A stretch of 62,399 nt of DNA, filler included, from Candidatus Zhuqueibacterota bacterium (GCA_016783505.1; 3 parts of 3 records of this genome joined end to end with filler, not necessarily neighbours in it); one strand, 5' to 3'; shown: positions 1-9,690, numbered from the whole stretch's first letter. The notes: a model not told the origin generated them from the sequence alone. A program made the numbers and translations.

Positions 1-111
1 TTCCATCTCTATCTGAAAGAAATCGAGTGGAGATTCAATCACAGAGATGAAAACTTGCTAAAAATCTTAAGAAAATACTTGAATCAGCCAGTTATCAAAG
101 AACAATTTTAG
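1..111 (+). mobile_element. IS1595-family transposase, C-terminal fragment (5' end outside window)
   Basis: Frame 1 reads FHLYLKEIEWRFNHRDENLLKILRKYLNQPVIKEQF*. The YLxExxxRFNxR motif is typical of the C-terminus of IS1595-family DDE transposases. Not in the ORF track. Confidence 0.8.
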
Positions 112-134
112 TGCAACTTTAGTGGTCAATTACC
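110..134. repeat. Putative right terminal inverted repeat of the IS1595 element
   Basis: Reverse complement GGTAATTGACCACTAAAGTTGCACT starts with GG, lies directly after the transposase stop and is followed by AT-rich AAAAATAA. The left IR is outside the window, so it cannot be verified. Confidence 0.45.
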
Positions 135-144
135 AAAAATAATA

Positions 145-789
145 ATGCCTAAAGTCAGAAAGATTAAAAAAACTTTGCCAAATAAGCAGAAGAATTATTA
201 TGTAGTTGATGCGTCTTTTCTTGTCAATAAGTATATCCCGACGAAAATAATCAACGATATAAAACATAAAAGAAGAATTGAAGATTGTCAACAATGGTGG
301 AAAGAAATTGATAAACAATTAAGAAGAGGGCGTGCGAGGGTTTACATCCCTTCAGCATGCATTGCGGAATCTTTCAAAGTACTTGCCCAGCTTGCCTTTC
401 ATCCTCAACTTAAACGTTTTAAAAGTACACAGCAGTACAATTATTATAGAAATAAACTTCACAACCAAATATCTCTTCAACCCTTAAAGCTGCGCTCATT
501 TTCGCGCAATATTACATATCATGATATTCCAATGGATAGAGATATAATTCTTTCAATTGATCGCTTTTATGAACTATTTGCAAAATATAAAAAAAGAGTC
601 GGGGTTATAGATTTATCTATCGCTACAACTGCAAAATATTTAATGGATTTTTTTGATATTCCTAAGGATAACTTACATATAGTTACTTTAGATAAATCAT
701 TGAGAGGAGGTATACAAAAATCACAAGATTTACCAAATGCATATGATCCTACATTTGTTAGCCATAGTATTGAAAGGATATTTGAATAA
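145..789 (+). CDS. PIN-domain protein (integron gene cassette)
   Basis: PIN-like acidic motifs VVDASFL, IAES, IDLSIATTA and VTLDKSL. AT-rich and immediately followed by an attC site. Confidence 0.7.
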   Translation: MPKVRKIKKTLPNKQKNYYVVDASFLVNKYIPTKIINDIKHKRRIEDCQQWWKEIDKQLRRGRARVYIPSACIAESFKVLAQLAFHPQLKRFKSTQQYNYYRNKLHNQISLQPLKLRSFSRNITYHDIPMDRDIILSIDRFYELFAKYKKRVGVIDLSIATTAKYLMDFFDIPKDNLHIVTLDKSLRGGIQKSQDLPNAYDPTFVSHSIERIFE

Positions 790-794
790 AAAAT

Positions 795-862
795 ACCTAA
801 CAACGCACCACAGCGGACTTAAAAAGAGCAGCTTTTTAAGCGACTGAGTTTGAATGTTAGCC
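795..862 (+). other. Integron attC recombination site 1
   Basis: R'' ACCTAAC (795-801) and R' GTTAGCC (856-862) flank an imperfect palindrome with a central TTAAAAAG/CTTTTTAA stem. Starts 5 bp after the PIN gene stop. Confidence 0.75.
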
Positions 863-891
863 AGTTTCCAGATGGGATAGAATAGAGTCGA

Positions 892-1521
892 ATGTGGGAG
901 CAGATTCCTGAGATCTGGCAGGGGGTACTAGCAAGCATCACGGGCGCTGTCATCATTGCGATAGTAGTGAAGCTATGGAGCCTGAGCTCCGGCCGTGCCC
1001 GGGTGTCACGCGAGCGCCGGCAGTTCGAAATGGAACAACTGCGGGCTCGGCTCTCGTCACCGGACTCGGTTGCACGAGTCGAGGGGTACTTCATTGCTCT
1101 CTTCACGCTCCTCAAGTATCTTTTTTTCGGAAGTATCCTATGGGTCGTAGCTTGGACTCTCAGTGTACTCCCCTGGATTTGGTGCCTCCCCGTAGCAGCA
1201 GTTAGTATGGGTGCCTCCCTCGTAGCTTACTACCTCGGAGTGCGGTGGTTGTACTCCACTCTCCGGTCACCGAGTCCCTCTCATGCCGGCGGGGAGCTTG
1301 AGATACACAGCGCACAATACGGAGTCCCGGGCCACTATGTTGACGTGCTTGAGCAGGTGCTTGCTCAAGTACAGGGCGCACAAGTCGAGGTTTACGCCGG
1401 AAACCATCTCGCGGGAGATCCCTGTCCTAACACAGTGAAGGAGTTAGTCGTCGAATACACATACAGGGATGAGAGGCGAACGCGAAGAGTCACCGAAGGG
1501 CATATCTTGTCTCTGCCATGA
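892..1521 (+). CDS. Membrane protein with C-terminal SUEL-lectin/DUF3395-like domain (gene cassette)
   Basis: About three hydrophobic helices, then LEIHSAQYG...DV...GDPCPNTVKELVVEY. GC-rich relative to its neighbours and bounded by attC sites. Confidence 0.6.
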   Translation: MWEQIPEIWQGVLASITGAVIIAIVVKLWSLSSGRARVSRERRQFEMEQLRARLSSPDSVARVEGYFIALFTLLKYLFFGSILWVVAWTLSVLPWIWCLPVAAVSMGASLVAYYLGVRWLYSTLRSPSPSHAGGELEIHSAQYGVPGHYVDVLEQVLAQVQGAQVEVYAGNHLAGDPCPNTVKELVVEYTYRDERRTRRVTEGHILSLP

Positions 1522-1533
1522 GAATCCGGAACC

Positions 1534-1629
1534 GGGTAACACAATCATGTAGCCGACGGCGATTTCAAGGAAAGTCGACAGCGTGCCAACGCTAGCTCAG
1601 CGCCGCGGCTCAGGCTCTGGCCGTTAGCC
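1534..1629 (+). other. Integron attC recombination site 2
   Basis: GGGTAAC (1534-1540) to GTTAGCC (1623-1629). The inner stem AGCCG-A-CGGCG / CGCCGCGGCT has one unpaired base, as attC hairpins typically do. Confidence 0.75.
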
Positions 1630-1891
1630 CGTTAATAAAGAGGGTGAGGAAGATGATATTGTTGAAATGAGATTTTATCCCTTTCGTTTTAATGGCCCAT
1701 TCATTCATCTTGAGTAGGCCTTTTGTTTTTTTATTATCTTAATTTCCCCAAAAATTGGGATTATACAAATTCATGAATTACGATAATAAAGACTTGATTT
1801 TCTCAAATATAGTTGTTATTTTATATATAAATTACCAAAACATGCTGGAGTGCTGTCTGATAATATGTTAGCTGAAACAGGAGGAAAATAA

Positions 1892-2245
1892 ATGGCGACA
1901 ATAGACAAAGAAATTACTGGCTATGCTGGTGGTAAAGAAGGGCGTATGTCTGGTTTAGCCACCTTCTTTATCATCATTGGCATCATCGGCCTTATTGCTT
2001 GTTTTATTCTTGCTGGATTCGTTACAAAGACTTCAAAATCTTCGAGTTGGGGAGAAAATGGACTATCACCAATTTGGATCGCCCTTGGTATAGTTTGTCT
2101 TATTCAAGGAATAGCGCTTTCCATAGTTCTGAGCGCAGGAGCTGAAGTAATTAGACTCCTTAAAAAACAAAACGGTTTAGAATATGGAGGCAAAATTTCT
2201 AAACCATATCCCAAATTTGGACATAAACGTTACGAAGTGCGGTAA
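1892..2245 (+). CDS. Hypothetical two-TM membrane protein
   Basis: Strong SD AGGAGG upstream and two hydrophobic segments. Preceded by GTTAGCT, a cassette-like 5' boundary. Confidence 0.6.
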   Translation: MATIDKEITGYAGGKEGRMSGLATFFIIIGIIGLIACFILAGFVTKTSKSSSWGENGLSPIWIALGIVCLIQGIALSIVLSAGAEVIRLLKKQNGLEYGGKISKPYPKFGHKRYEVR

Positions 2246-2278
2246 TATAGTATACGACAGGGGAATAGCATTTTTCCC

Positions 2279-2307
2279 TTGACATTTGAGAAAAAACTTA
2301 TTAACTT
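2279..2307 (+). promoter_or_regulatory. Sigma70-type promoter upstream of tRNA-Phe
   Basis: TTGACA-N17-TAACTT. Confidence 0.5.
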
Positions 2308-2401
2308 AAATGGGTAAAATTCTTGCTATAAAGAAAACTTCTCATAAAGCCAGCAATTCAATTAACCAAACACTATTTCAAGACTTGGCGGATTATTTAG
2401 A

Positions 2402-2474
<73 letters not shown>

Positions 2475-2477
2475 CCC

Positions 2478-2506
2478 AGAAAGCCCCAAAACGGGGCTTT
2501 TCTTTT
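2478..2506 (+). terminator. Intrinsic terminator after tRNA-Phe
   Basis: AAAGCCCC-AAAAC-GGGGCTTT followed by a T tract. Confidence 0.75.
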
Positions 2507-2587
2507 AGGGACGGTCCTATGGACAGAAAATCCTTGACTTATAAAATAAAATTTGTATATTAAAGATAGTCCCAAAATGCTTGAATA

Positions 2588-3436
2588 ATGCCCTTAGTCA
2601 GCGTCATCATTCCTACCTATAATCGTGCCCCCCTTCTTTCCCAGGCGATGGAGTCGGTTCTCGAACAGAGCATCAAGGATTTTGAACTGATCGTTATTGA
2701 CGATGGTTCCACCGATGACACCCGGGAAATCCTGCGTCCCTTTCTGCCCCGGATTCAATATTTTTTTCAACAAAATCAGGGCATCAGTGTCTCCCGGAAT
2801 AAGGGCATCCAAATTTCCCGGGGGGAATATATTTGCTTTCTGGATTCCGATGATAGCTGGCATAGGCATAAACTCCGCCGGCAGCTTGGGTTCTTCCCCC
2901 GAAATCCCGATGCATGGGTCTGTTATACCGATGAGGTCTGGATTCGGGGGGGGAGGAGGGTCAATCCCAAGAGAAGACATCAAAAATATTCCGGGTGGAT
3001 TTTTGATAAGGTTTTACCCCTGTGCATAGTCAGCCTCTCATCGGCCATGATGAAACGGGAGCTGTTGGCCAGGGTGGGGCCCTTCGATGAAAGCCTCCCC
3101 GTCTGTGAGGACTACGATTTTTGGATCCGGGTAGCATCCTGCTATCCCATTCACTTCATCCCGGAGCCCCTCATCACTAAATGGGGGGGTCATGGGGATC
3201 AACTGTCTAAGAAATATCCAGCCATGGACAGATTTCGGGTGAGGGCTCTAGAAAAGGCACTGGCGGCCAACACCCTGTCCTCGGAACAGAAGAGACTGGT
3301 TCTAAAAGAACTGGTGAAGAAATGCTGCATCCTCCAGAAGGGTTATGCTAAGCGGGAAAAGACCCCCGAAAGCCAAATGTATTTGGAGAGAATCGGTCGC
3401 TATGAAGAAGAACTGGAAAACCCCGCAGGGGGTTAA
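2588..3436 (+). CDS. Glycosyltransferase family 2
   Basis: Motifs VSVIIPTYNR, IDDGSTD, FLDSDD and EDYDFW. Confidence 0.92.
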   Translation: MPLVSVIIPTYNRAPLLSQAMESVLEQSIKDFELIVIDDGSTDDTREILRPFLPRIQYFFQQNQGISVSRNKGIQISRGEYICFLDSDDSWHRHKLRRQLGFFPRNPDAWVCYTDEVWIRGGRRVNPKRRHQKYSGWIFDKVLPLCIVSLSSAMMKRELLARVGPFDESLPVCEDYDFWIRVASCYPIHFIPEPLITKWGGHGDQLSKKYPAMDRFRVRALEKALAANTLSSEQKRLVLKELVKKCCILQKGYAKREKTPESQMYLERIGRYEEELENPAGG

Positions 3437-4391
3437 AATCCGGCCTAATCAGATTGATCTGGAAGATGATTTCTATCGGATGACCTTCCTGCCTGATCTG
3501 GGTCCCCTGAACCAATCGGTGCAAAAGGTGGGAATTCTTCATCCCGTTTTTCTTGAGGAAACGGGAAGGGTAAAACCCTATCGGGTTATCAGCGGGTTTA
3601 GGCGGGTTTGGGTGTGCAGAAAACTGGGGCTTAAGGAAATCCCCGCGGTCGTTTATGGGAAGGAAGAAAGAACTGCCCTGGAGAGGTTTGAATTGAATCT
3701 GCTGGAAAATACTACGGTTCGTTCCTTCAACCTGATAGAGAAAGCCCTCGTGCTGGGTAAGCTGGTGGATACTTTTGGGGTGGAGCGAAAGGAAGTAGTT
3801 CAGTCTTACATGCCCTTGGTTGGTTTACAACCCAGTCCAAAATTGCTGGGGGATCATCTAAGCCTCCGACATATTACCTCCGGGATGAAAGAATACGTGG
3901 TGAAGAAAGGTGTGGTTCTGGCCAACGCCATTCTGCTTTCGGGGTTTTCCCCTGGGGACCAGGGGGTCCTGCTGCCTTTATTGTCTTCCCTTTATCTTTC
4001 CACGGGAATGCTCAGGGAACTGATTGAATGGATTGATGAAATCGCCCTGAGGGAAGATGTGGAAGTTGCCGGGGTGGTGAACGATCCAGGGATCACCCAG
4101 ATATTATTCCATCCCCAATGGTCTGTCCCCACCAAGACAGAGAAGATCAGGCAAGCCCTAAGGGCGCGGAAATATCCCCAGCTCACCGGGATGACAGAGG
4201 CCTTCGACCGCCGGAGAAAGAGGTTGAAGCTGCCCCCCCGGGTGGCTCTTAGTCCCCCACCCTTTTTTGAAGGGGACCACCTAAAATTGTCCTTCCAATT
4301 TAAAGGGGCGGATGAATTAAAAGAAATTTGTCGGGAATTGGTGAGGGTTTCTGAACAAAGGGAACTGGGGGAATTGTTGGAAATGCTGTAA
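3402..4391 (+). CDS. ParB/Sulfiredoxin N-terminal domain protein
   Basis: SVQKVGILHPV...YRVISGFRRV...LLEN, a ParB-N signature. Overlaps the GT2 gene. ATG 3402 was preferred over 3345. Confidence 0.8.
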   Translation: MKKNWKTPQGVKIRPNQIDLEDDFYRMTFLPDLGPLNQSVQKVGILHPVFLEETGRVKPYRVISGFRRVWVCRKLGLKEIPAVVYGKEERTALERFELNLLENTTVRSFNLIEKALVLGKLVDTFGVERKEVVQSYMPLVGLQPSPKLLGDHLSLRHITSGMKEYVVKKGVVLANAILLSGFSPGDQGVLLPLLSSLYLSTGMLRELIEWIDEIALREDVEVAGVVNDPGITQILFHPQWSVPTKTEKIRQALRARKYPQLTGMTEAFDRRRKRLKLPPRVALSPPPFFEGDHLKLSFQFKGADELKEICRELVRVSEQRELGELLEML

Positions 4392-4454
4392 TGTCCTGGT
4401 TTGAAATGGTGTAACAATTCAGCCACTAAGATATAACTAACGAATTGAAATAGG

Positions 4455-4628
4455 ACGCGGATGACATCCCGAAACTTCGGGACGGATTCATAAGAATTGA
4501 TAATAAAACTAAAGTTTAAATTATCAGTGGGAAATAATGTTAAATTCAAACATAACCGATGCATTTAACTTAATCTTCACAAATAAAAAAATCTGTGAAA
4601 ATCTGTGTTATCGGTGTCATCTGTGTGT
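4455..4628. repeat. Inverted 9-mer tandem-repeat mini-element with a nested palindrome
   Basis: Left arm ACGCGGATGAC[ATCCCGAAACTTCGGG]ACGGATT; right arm AATCTGTGAAAATCTGTGTTATCGGTGTCATCTGTG, in the complementary orientation. Confidence 0.6.
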
Positions 4629-4658
4629 TATTTTTCCTAGAAGATTAGAAAGGAATAG

Positions 4659-5747
4659 GTGAACTGTTACGAAATTGTTTATGTTGACAAGGCCGTACTG
4701 AATTGTGAAGTTACTTCTTCTGTTCTGGAAAGATTAGCCCAGGTCCCCATAGAATTTATTGATGATCCCCGTCAACTCCAGGATGAAGTTGCCTGGATGT
4801 CCAATCCCATTGGAGCCGGTAAGCGGGGATTGGTGATTACTAAGAGCAAGGGAAAGGCTCTGAAAACATGCCCGGGGGCGAGGGGAACGCTGTGCTGCAA
4901 CTATACCATTCTGGACATCGTCCAGAACTGCCCGCTGGATTGCAGCTACTGCATCCTTCAGGGCTACTTTACCAATCCGTTCATTGTCCTCTACGCCAAT
5001 GTGGATGAGGTTCTTGCCGAAGTGGATGGGATCTTAAACCGAAATCCTAGACGACTTTTCCGGATCGGCACCGGGGAATTTACGGACTCTTTAGCCCTTG
5101 AAGGCCCTATTCCATTGGCCGCCAAACTGGTCTCATTTTTCGCCGACAAGGAGAATGCCCTCTTTGAGCTTAAGACCAAGGCGGTTTATGTTGACTCCCT
5201 CTTGGGTCTGAATCACCGGGGGCGGATACTGGTGTCCTGGTCGTTAAACCCGCAGGCCGTGATTGACCGGGAAGAGGTGGGGGTGGCCCCGTTGGATGCA
5301 AGGCTGGAAGCGGCGCGAAGGTGTCAGGAGGCGGGTTACAAAATCGGGTTTCATTTCGATCCCATAATCTATTATCCCGACTGGGAGCGGGATTATCGGG
5401 GGGTAGTAGACCGGATATTTGAACTGATCGATCCCCGAAACATACCTTGGATCAGCCTGGGGACGCTCCGTCTTCCCCCGGGGCTCAAACCTGTTATTAA
5501 AAAAAGGTTTCCCTACAGTAAGATTATCTACGAGGAGATGATCCCCGGCGCTGGGGGAAAGCTCCGCTACCCCAAGCCGGTGCGGGTCCAGATGTATCGG
5601 AAGATGGTGGAGTGGATCCACGGTTACGATCCGGACGTCTTCGTCTACCTGTGCATGGAAGGCCAGGAGCTCTGGCCGAAGGTGTTTGATGAAAGACCCA
5701 AAGAAGGGAGTATGTATTTTAAGGTGTTTGATAGAAATTGGTGGTAA
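4659..5747 (+). CDS. Spore photoproduct lyase-family radical SAM protein
   Basis: CPLDCSYC (CxxxCxxC), GTGEFTDSL, ELKTK, GFHFDP and YLCME, all typical of SplB-like proteins. Confidence 0.88.
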   Translation: MNCYEIVYVDKAVLNCEVTSSVLERLAQVPIEFIDDPRQLQDEVAWMSNPIGAGKRGLVITKSKGKALKTCPGARGTLCCNYTILDIVQNCPLDCSYCILQGYFTNPFIVLYANVDEVLAEVDGILNRNPRRLFRIGTGEFTDSLALEGPIPLAAKLVSFFADKENALFELKTKAVYVDSLLGLNHRGRILVSWSLNPQAVIDREEVGVAPLDARLEAARRCQEAGYKIGFHFDPIIYYPDWERDYRGVVDRIFELIDPRNIPWISLGTLRLPPGLKPVIKKRFPYSKIIYEEMIPGAGGKLRYPKPVRVQMYRKMVEWIHGYDPDVFVYLCMEGQELWPKVFDERPKEGSMYFKVFDRNWW

Positions 5748-5761
5748 GGGAGGAGCACATC

Positions 5762-7720
5762 ATGCGGAACAATGATTCGAAACGGAAAGACAGTTTTCAC
5801 TTTCCGAAAAGGATCTTGTTGCTTATCCCAGTTGTTCTCTTTTTCCAGGTGAAAGCCGGGGATGATCCCCCCGCTGCTATTTCCTATTTCAAAGGGGAAG
5901 GGGTGGGGATGTCGGTTAAGGGGGCGGTGGTTTTGAATCGCTTCGGTTCCTTCGGTAATCCCTCGGATTCTGAAGCTGATTCCATCATCCGGATCATTTT
6001 GCCCGAAGGGACGGAAACATCGAGATTCAATTTTACGATTTACACCCCTATCGGTCAGGCGGTCTATCGTCAAAAGGTCGTTTTGGATGGGGGTTCATCC
6101 TATTTGGAATGGCGGGGGACGACAACCGCCGGTGAAAAACTGGCCAGTGGGGTCTACCTTTTTTCTTTTACTCCGGAAGGGCTTTTCCAAGATTCTCCGG
6201 AAGCTGTCCTTGAAGAGTTTTATTTTCTGGACATTACAGAAGGTCATTTTCCGCTTGATTCCACCTATGCCGGTGATGTTGAATTCGGGGATATGGATAA
6301 TGATGGGGATTTGGATATAGTTATTGGCTATAATGAAACTTCCTATAGTGCAGGCCCTCGTATTTTAATTAATGATGGAACTGGGATCTTTGTGGATGAA
6401 ACCAATGATAGATTTCCTCTTTTAAGTACATTTACCAATGATATTGATTTGGTGGATGTTGATGGTGATGACGATCTGGATATTTATATGGCAAATACGG
6501 GGGTTGTCTTGGAAGAATGTGCGGATATCCTTTTAATTAATGACAGTGGTGGTTATTTTCAGGACGAATCGGATATGAGGCTCCCCCAAATAATGGAAGC
6601 TACTCTGAATGTAGATTTTGCTGATATTGATGGTGATCTGGACCTGGATATAATGTGTGTATTTTTACCATATCCATATGGTAGGGTTCGTGTTTTTATC
6701 AACGAGGGCAATGGAACTTTTGTGGATAGCACCACTGGAAGAGTACCCCTTCTTGAATATTTTCTTTTTAACGTGAATTTCTGTGACATAGATGGAGATG
6801 AGGATTATGATGCGATATTGTCAAGCCTAGGAAATCTTATTTATTTTGATGGACTCGGTAATCCCATTGATACCTTAAGTGGGCAAAATGTTGCCTTAAT
6901 GAATAATAGATTTGGGTATTTTACGGATGAAACTTCGGAGCGCATGCCCTTTGCTGAAGATTGGACTCGGGATATAATTGTGACTGATGTTGATTCTGAT
7001 GGCGATCCGGACTTATATGAATTAAATATTAGTTTCCCTGGGGATTCAGTAGGCATAAATAAGATATTAATAAACGATGGCTCGGGCTATTTTTTTGATG
7101 AGACTGATGGTAGACTTCCCCAGGAATTATTCCTGTGGAACAACGATGCCGATTTTGCTGATTTTGACTTAGACGGGGACCCGGACATTTATATGGTAAA
7201 TGTTCTTCCAGGACAAGAGGCCTACGATGCTCTTTATCTGAACGACAGCAGTGGGTTTTTTGTTGACTCGTCCTCGCTTCTGCCCGGTATTCTGGACTTC
7301 AGTGTCTCGTGTGCGGTGGGGGATATTGACTCCGATACGGATATGGACATTGTCATTTGTAATTCGGGTGGGGTAGTGGGGATCGGCGGGCAGGACAGAC
7401 TATATGGGAATATGCTGTTTTCGTCAGTGATAAGGAACGCTGAAGCAACATATTCTAACAAATTCGAGCTGTTTCAGAACTATCCCAATCCTTTCAACCC
7501 ATCTACAACGATTAAATACTCCTTGCCTGAACCGGGGTGGGTAAGCTTGAAAGTTCATAATATCCTGGGGGAAGAAATAGCCGTTTTGGTTGACAAAAGG
7601 GTGGAAGCAGGGTTTCATAAGGTTGAGTGGGAGGCAACGCACCTCGCTTCCGGGATGTATTTTTACCGTATTCAGGCTGGTGATTTTGTCCAGACCCGGA
7701 AGATGCTTTATCTGAAGTAA
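5762..7720 (+). CDS. Secreted FG-GAP/VCBS repeat protein with N-terminal FlgD-like domain and C-terminal T9SS-type sorting domain
   Basis: Signal peptide, several DxDxDGDxDI repeats, and a C-terminal LFQNYPNPFNPSTTI...SGMYFYRI...KMLYLK. SD AGGAG precedes ATG 5762. Confidence 0.85.
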   Translation: MRNNDSKRKDSFHFPKRILLLIPVVLFFQVKAGDDPPAAISYFKGEGVGMSVKGAVVLNRFGSFGNPSDSEADSIIRIILPEGTETSRFNFTIYTPIGQAVYRQKVVLDGGSSYLEWRGTTTAGEKLASGVYLFSFTPEGLFQDSPEAVLEEFYFLDITEGHFPLDSTYAGDVEFGDMDNDGDLDIVIGYNETSYSAGPRILINDGTGIFVDETNDRFPLLSTFTNDIDLVDVDGDDDLDIYMANTGVVLEECADILLINDSGGYFQDESDMRLPQIMEATLNVDFADIDGDLDLDIMCVFLPYPYGRVRVFINEGNGTFVDSTTGRVPLLEYFLFNVNFCDIDGDEDYDAILSSLGNLIYFDGLGNPIDTLSGQNVALMNNRFGYFTDETSERMPFAEDWTRDIIVTDVDSDGDPDLYELNISFPGDSVGINKILINDGSGYFFDETDGRLPQELFLWNNDADFADFDLDGDPDIYMVNVLPGQEAYDALYLNDSSGFFVDSSSLLPGILDFSVSCAVGDIDSDTDMDIVICNSGGVVGIGGQDRLYGNMLFSSVIRNAEATYSNKFELFQNYPNPFNPSTTIKYSLPEPGWVSLKVHNILGEEIAVLVDKRVEAGFHKVEWEATHLASGMYFYRIQAGDFVQTRKMLYLK

Positions 7721-7868
7721 ACACTGCGCCCATTTTTGTGTTAAAAATTATGCAGTGCAATGGATCTGCCATTACCAGTGCAAAAGAAGAGCTTTTGCAC
7801 TCCGGAACAAACAAACCCTTATGACAAGTTGTTACCAAATTAAAATATATTATGGGTGGGGATAAAAG

Positions 7869-8390
7869 ATGAAGATTGGTTTAAAGATATTTGCCCTGAT
7901 CTTCCTTTCTGTTACCCTTACCTCCGGCCAGGAGCTGACTGTCCGGCAAACGACCGTCCTCTTGGAAAATCCCGGGGGCAGAAAGGTGGGGTTGGTTTTG
8001 AAGGGGGCCAAATGTAAGACGAAGGCCTCCCCGGAAGGGGATTGGGTAAAAGTCCAACTGGAAGGCTGGGTCCAACGGTCGGCGCAGGAGGGAGCCGATG
8101 CGAGATATCTGAAAGTTACTGAGGACCAACTGGAGACCGCGGCGATAAACTATCTGGGCAGGAACATTAAAATTGAAAGAATTCTATTGAAGACCCTGGA
8201 GAAGCGGGGCCACCGCCTTCGAATGAAGCTCTCCGATTGCGGGTTCGGGTACCTCCACGAGAGCCGCATTAATGAGGTGCGGGACATCCCCAGGCCCAGT
8301 TCGGTTACCGTCTGGGGGGAGCTGACAGAGGTCACCGCTTATGGATTTTTCTACCTTGACATTGATAGAATTGAGGGGACATCATGGTGA
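7869..8390 (+). CDS. Secreted hypothetical protein (SH3-like plus OB-fold-like)
   Basis: Signal peptide and SH3b-like GDWVKVQLEGWV motif. Confidence 0.55.
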   Translation: MKIGLKIFALIFLSVTLTSGQELTVRQTTVLLENPGGRKVGLVLKGAKCKTKASPEGDWVKVQLEGWVQRSAQEGADARYLKVTEDQLETAAINYLGRNIKIERILLKTLEKRGHRLRMKLSDCGFGYLHESRINEVRDIPRPSSVTVWGELTEVTAYGFFYLDIDRIEGTSW

Positions 8391-9499
8391 GAAAAACGTA
8401 TTCGTTTTGCTTCGTATGGTTATCCTGCTACCAAAAATTCCTATTGGTGGCATTGCTGCTCATTCTGATGGGATGCGCCGCAAGGAAACCCTTGTTGACC
8501 GAAGGATCCCTCACCCTGGCCGACGGCTTTTATGATAACCAACCCCCTGTTACCGAGGGGAAGAGGGATGCCTTGGGGAAGATCGCCCGCTCGGTGGTTA
8601 AGGTTCGGGTGGAGACCCGATATCGGGTAGAAATACCCCAATATGTCCTGAAGGATGATACCTTTATCAAAGACCCCTCCAGTCCCTACGGCTATCGGGT
8701 GAAGATGGAGAAAGGGAAACCCATGGTGGACCGGATACAGGAAACAGTCCAGGTGATCGGCTCTGCCCTGGTAATTACCGAAGAAGGGAACCTAATCGGC
8801 CTGGTTACCTGTAATCACCTGGTTAACCCCGAAGAGAAGATCGAGAACTACTTTCTTGACGAATACGGCAATCCTACCGATATTTTGGCCAGTGTAGCTA
8901 TCAAGCTGAGTTCCTCGGTGGCGGTGGAGATCGAAGGGGTGCCGGGGTTCCAGGGCGAAGTGCTGGCAACCGACAGGGGGCGGGATGTGGCGGTGTTGAA
9001 ATGTCGGCCCCGGTTCACACCGGTATTGATGAACCTTCTTCCGTTCAACTTTCGCTGGGGGAATTCGTCGGAATTGACCTACGGGGATTTTGTGTACGTT
9101 TTCGGCTATCCTAAAGAAGAGAAAAGGCTGGCCCATGGGCTGGTCAGTTCCCATGCCAGCGCTTATGTCTTCGGCGTTGATGCTGCTATCCGCTACGGGT
9201 TTAGCGGAGGGCCGGTGATCGCCATCCGGGATGGGGAACCAAACTACGAGCTGGTGGGCCTGTGCAAGGGGGTGGCGGCCAGCACCGTCAGGGTGATCGC
9301 CCCCCACGAGGGAAAGGCGACCCTGGTTCCCAAAACGCTCAGTTTAGAAGATATTTATATCAAGGAATTAAAAACTATTGACTATGGTCTGACCTACTGC
9401 GTAGGGGTGAACGGTATAAAAAAATTTCTGCTGCGCAATAAGGATTTACTGAGACAAAACGGCCTGGGTCTGCCGGACTTTGGGACTTCGACGGACTGA
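8384..9499 (+). CDS. Trypsin-like serine protease lipoprotein
   Basis: Lipobox LMGC and catalytic motifs VTCNH, DVAVL and GFSGGP. Confidence 0.8.
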   Translation: MVRKTYSFCFVWLSCYQKFLLVALLLILMGCAARKPLLTEGSLTLADGFYDNQPPVTEGKRDALGKIARSVVKVRVETRYRVEIPQYVLKDDTFIKDPSSPYGYRVKMEKGKPMVDRIQETVQVIGSALVITEEGNLIGLVTCNHLVNPEEKIENYFLDEYGNPTDILASVAIKLSSSVAVEIEGVPGFQGEVLATDRGRDVAVLKCRPRFTPVLMNLLPFNFRWGNSSELTYGDFVYVFGYPKEEKRLAHGLVSSHASAYVFGVDAAIRYGFSGGPVIAIRDGEPNYELVGLCKGVAASTVRVIAPHEGKATLVPKTLSLEDIYIKELKTIDYGLTYCVGVNGIKKFLLRNKDLLRQNGLGLPDFGTSTD

Positions 9500-9690
9500 G
9501 CCATCTTTGGATGATGGCTACAACTTGGTATTGGGCTGCGATCTGAACTTCCGGAAACCGGTTCTTGACCTGGTCATCTAACTTTAACAGATCCACCCAT
9601 TCACGTCTTTGTTTTAGAAAAGGCCGAATTTTTTGAAGTTCGGCCTTTTTATTGCTTGCACAATTCAATTTTATTTTTATATTATAGGCT

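Noticed and set aside
3402-4391. Chromosome-partitioning ParB
   Set aside because: No adjacent parA or recognisable parS, and the C-terminal region and gene context differ from Spo0J-type loci.
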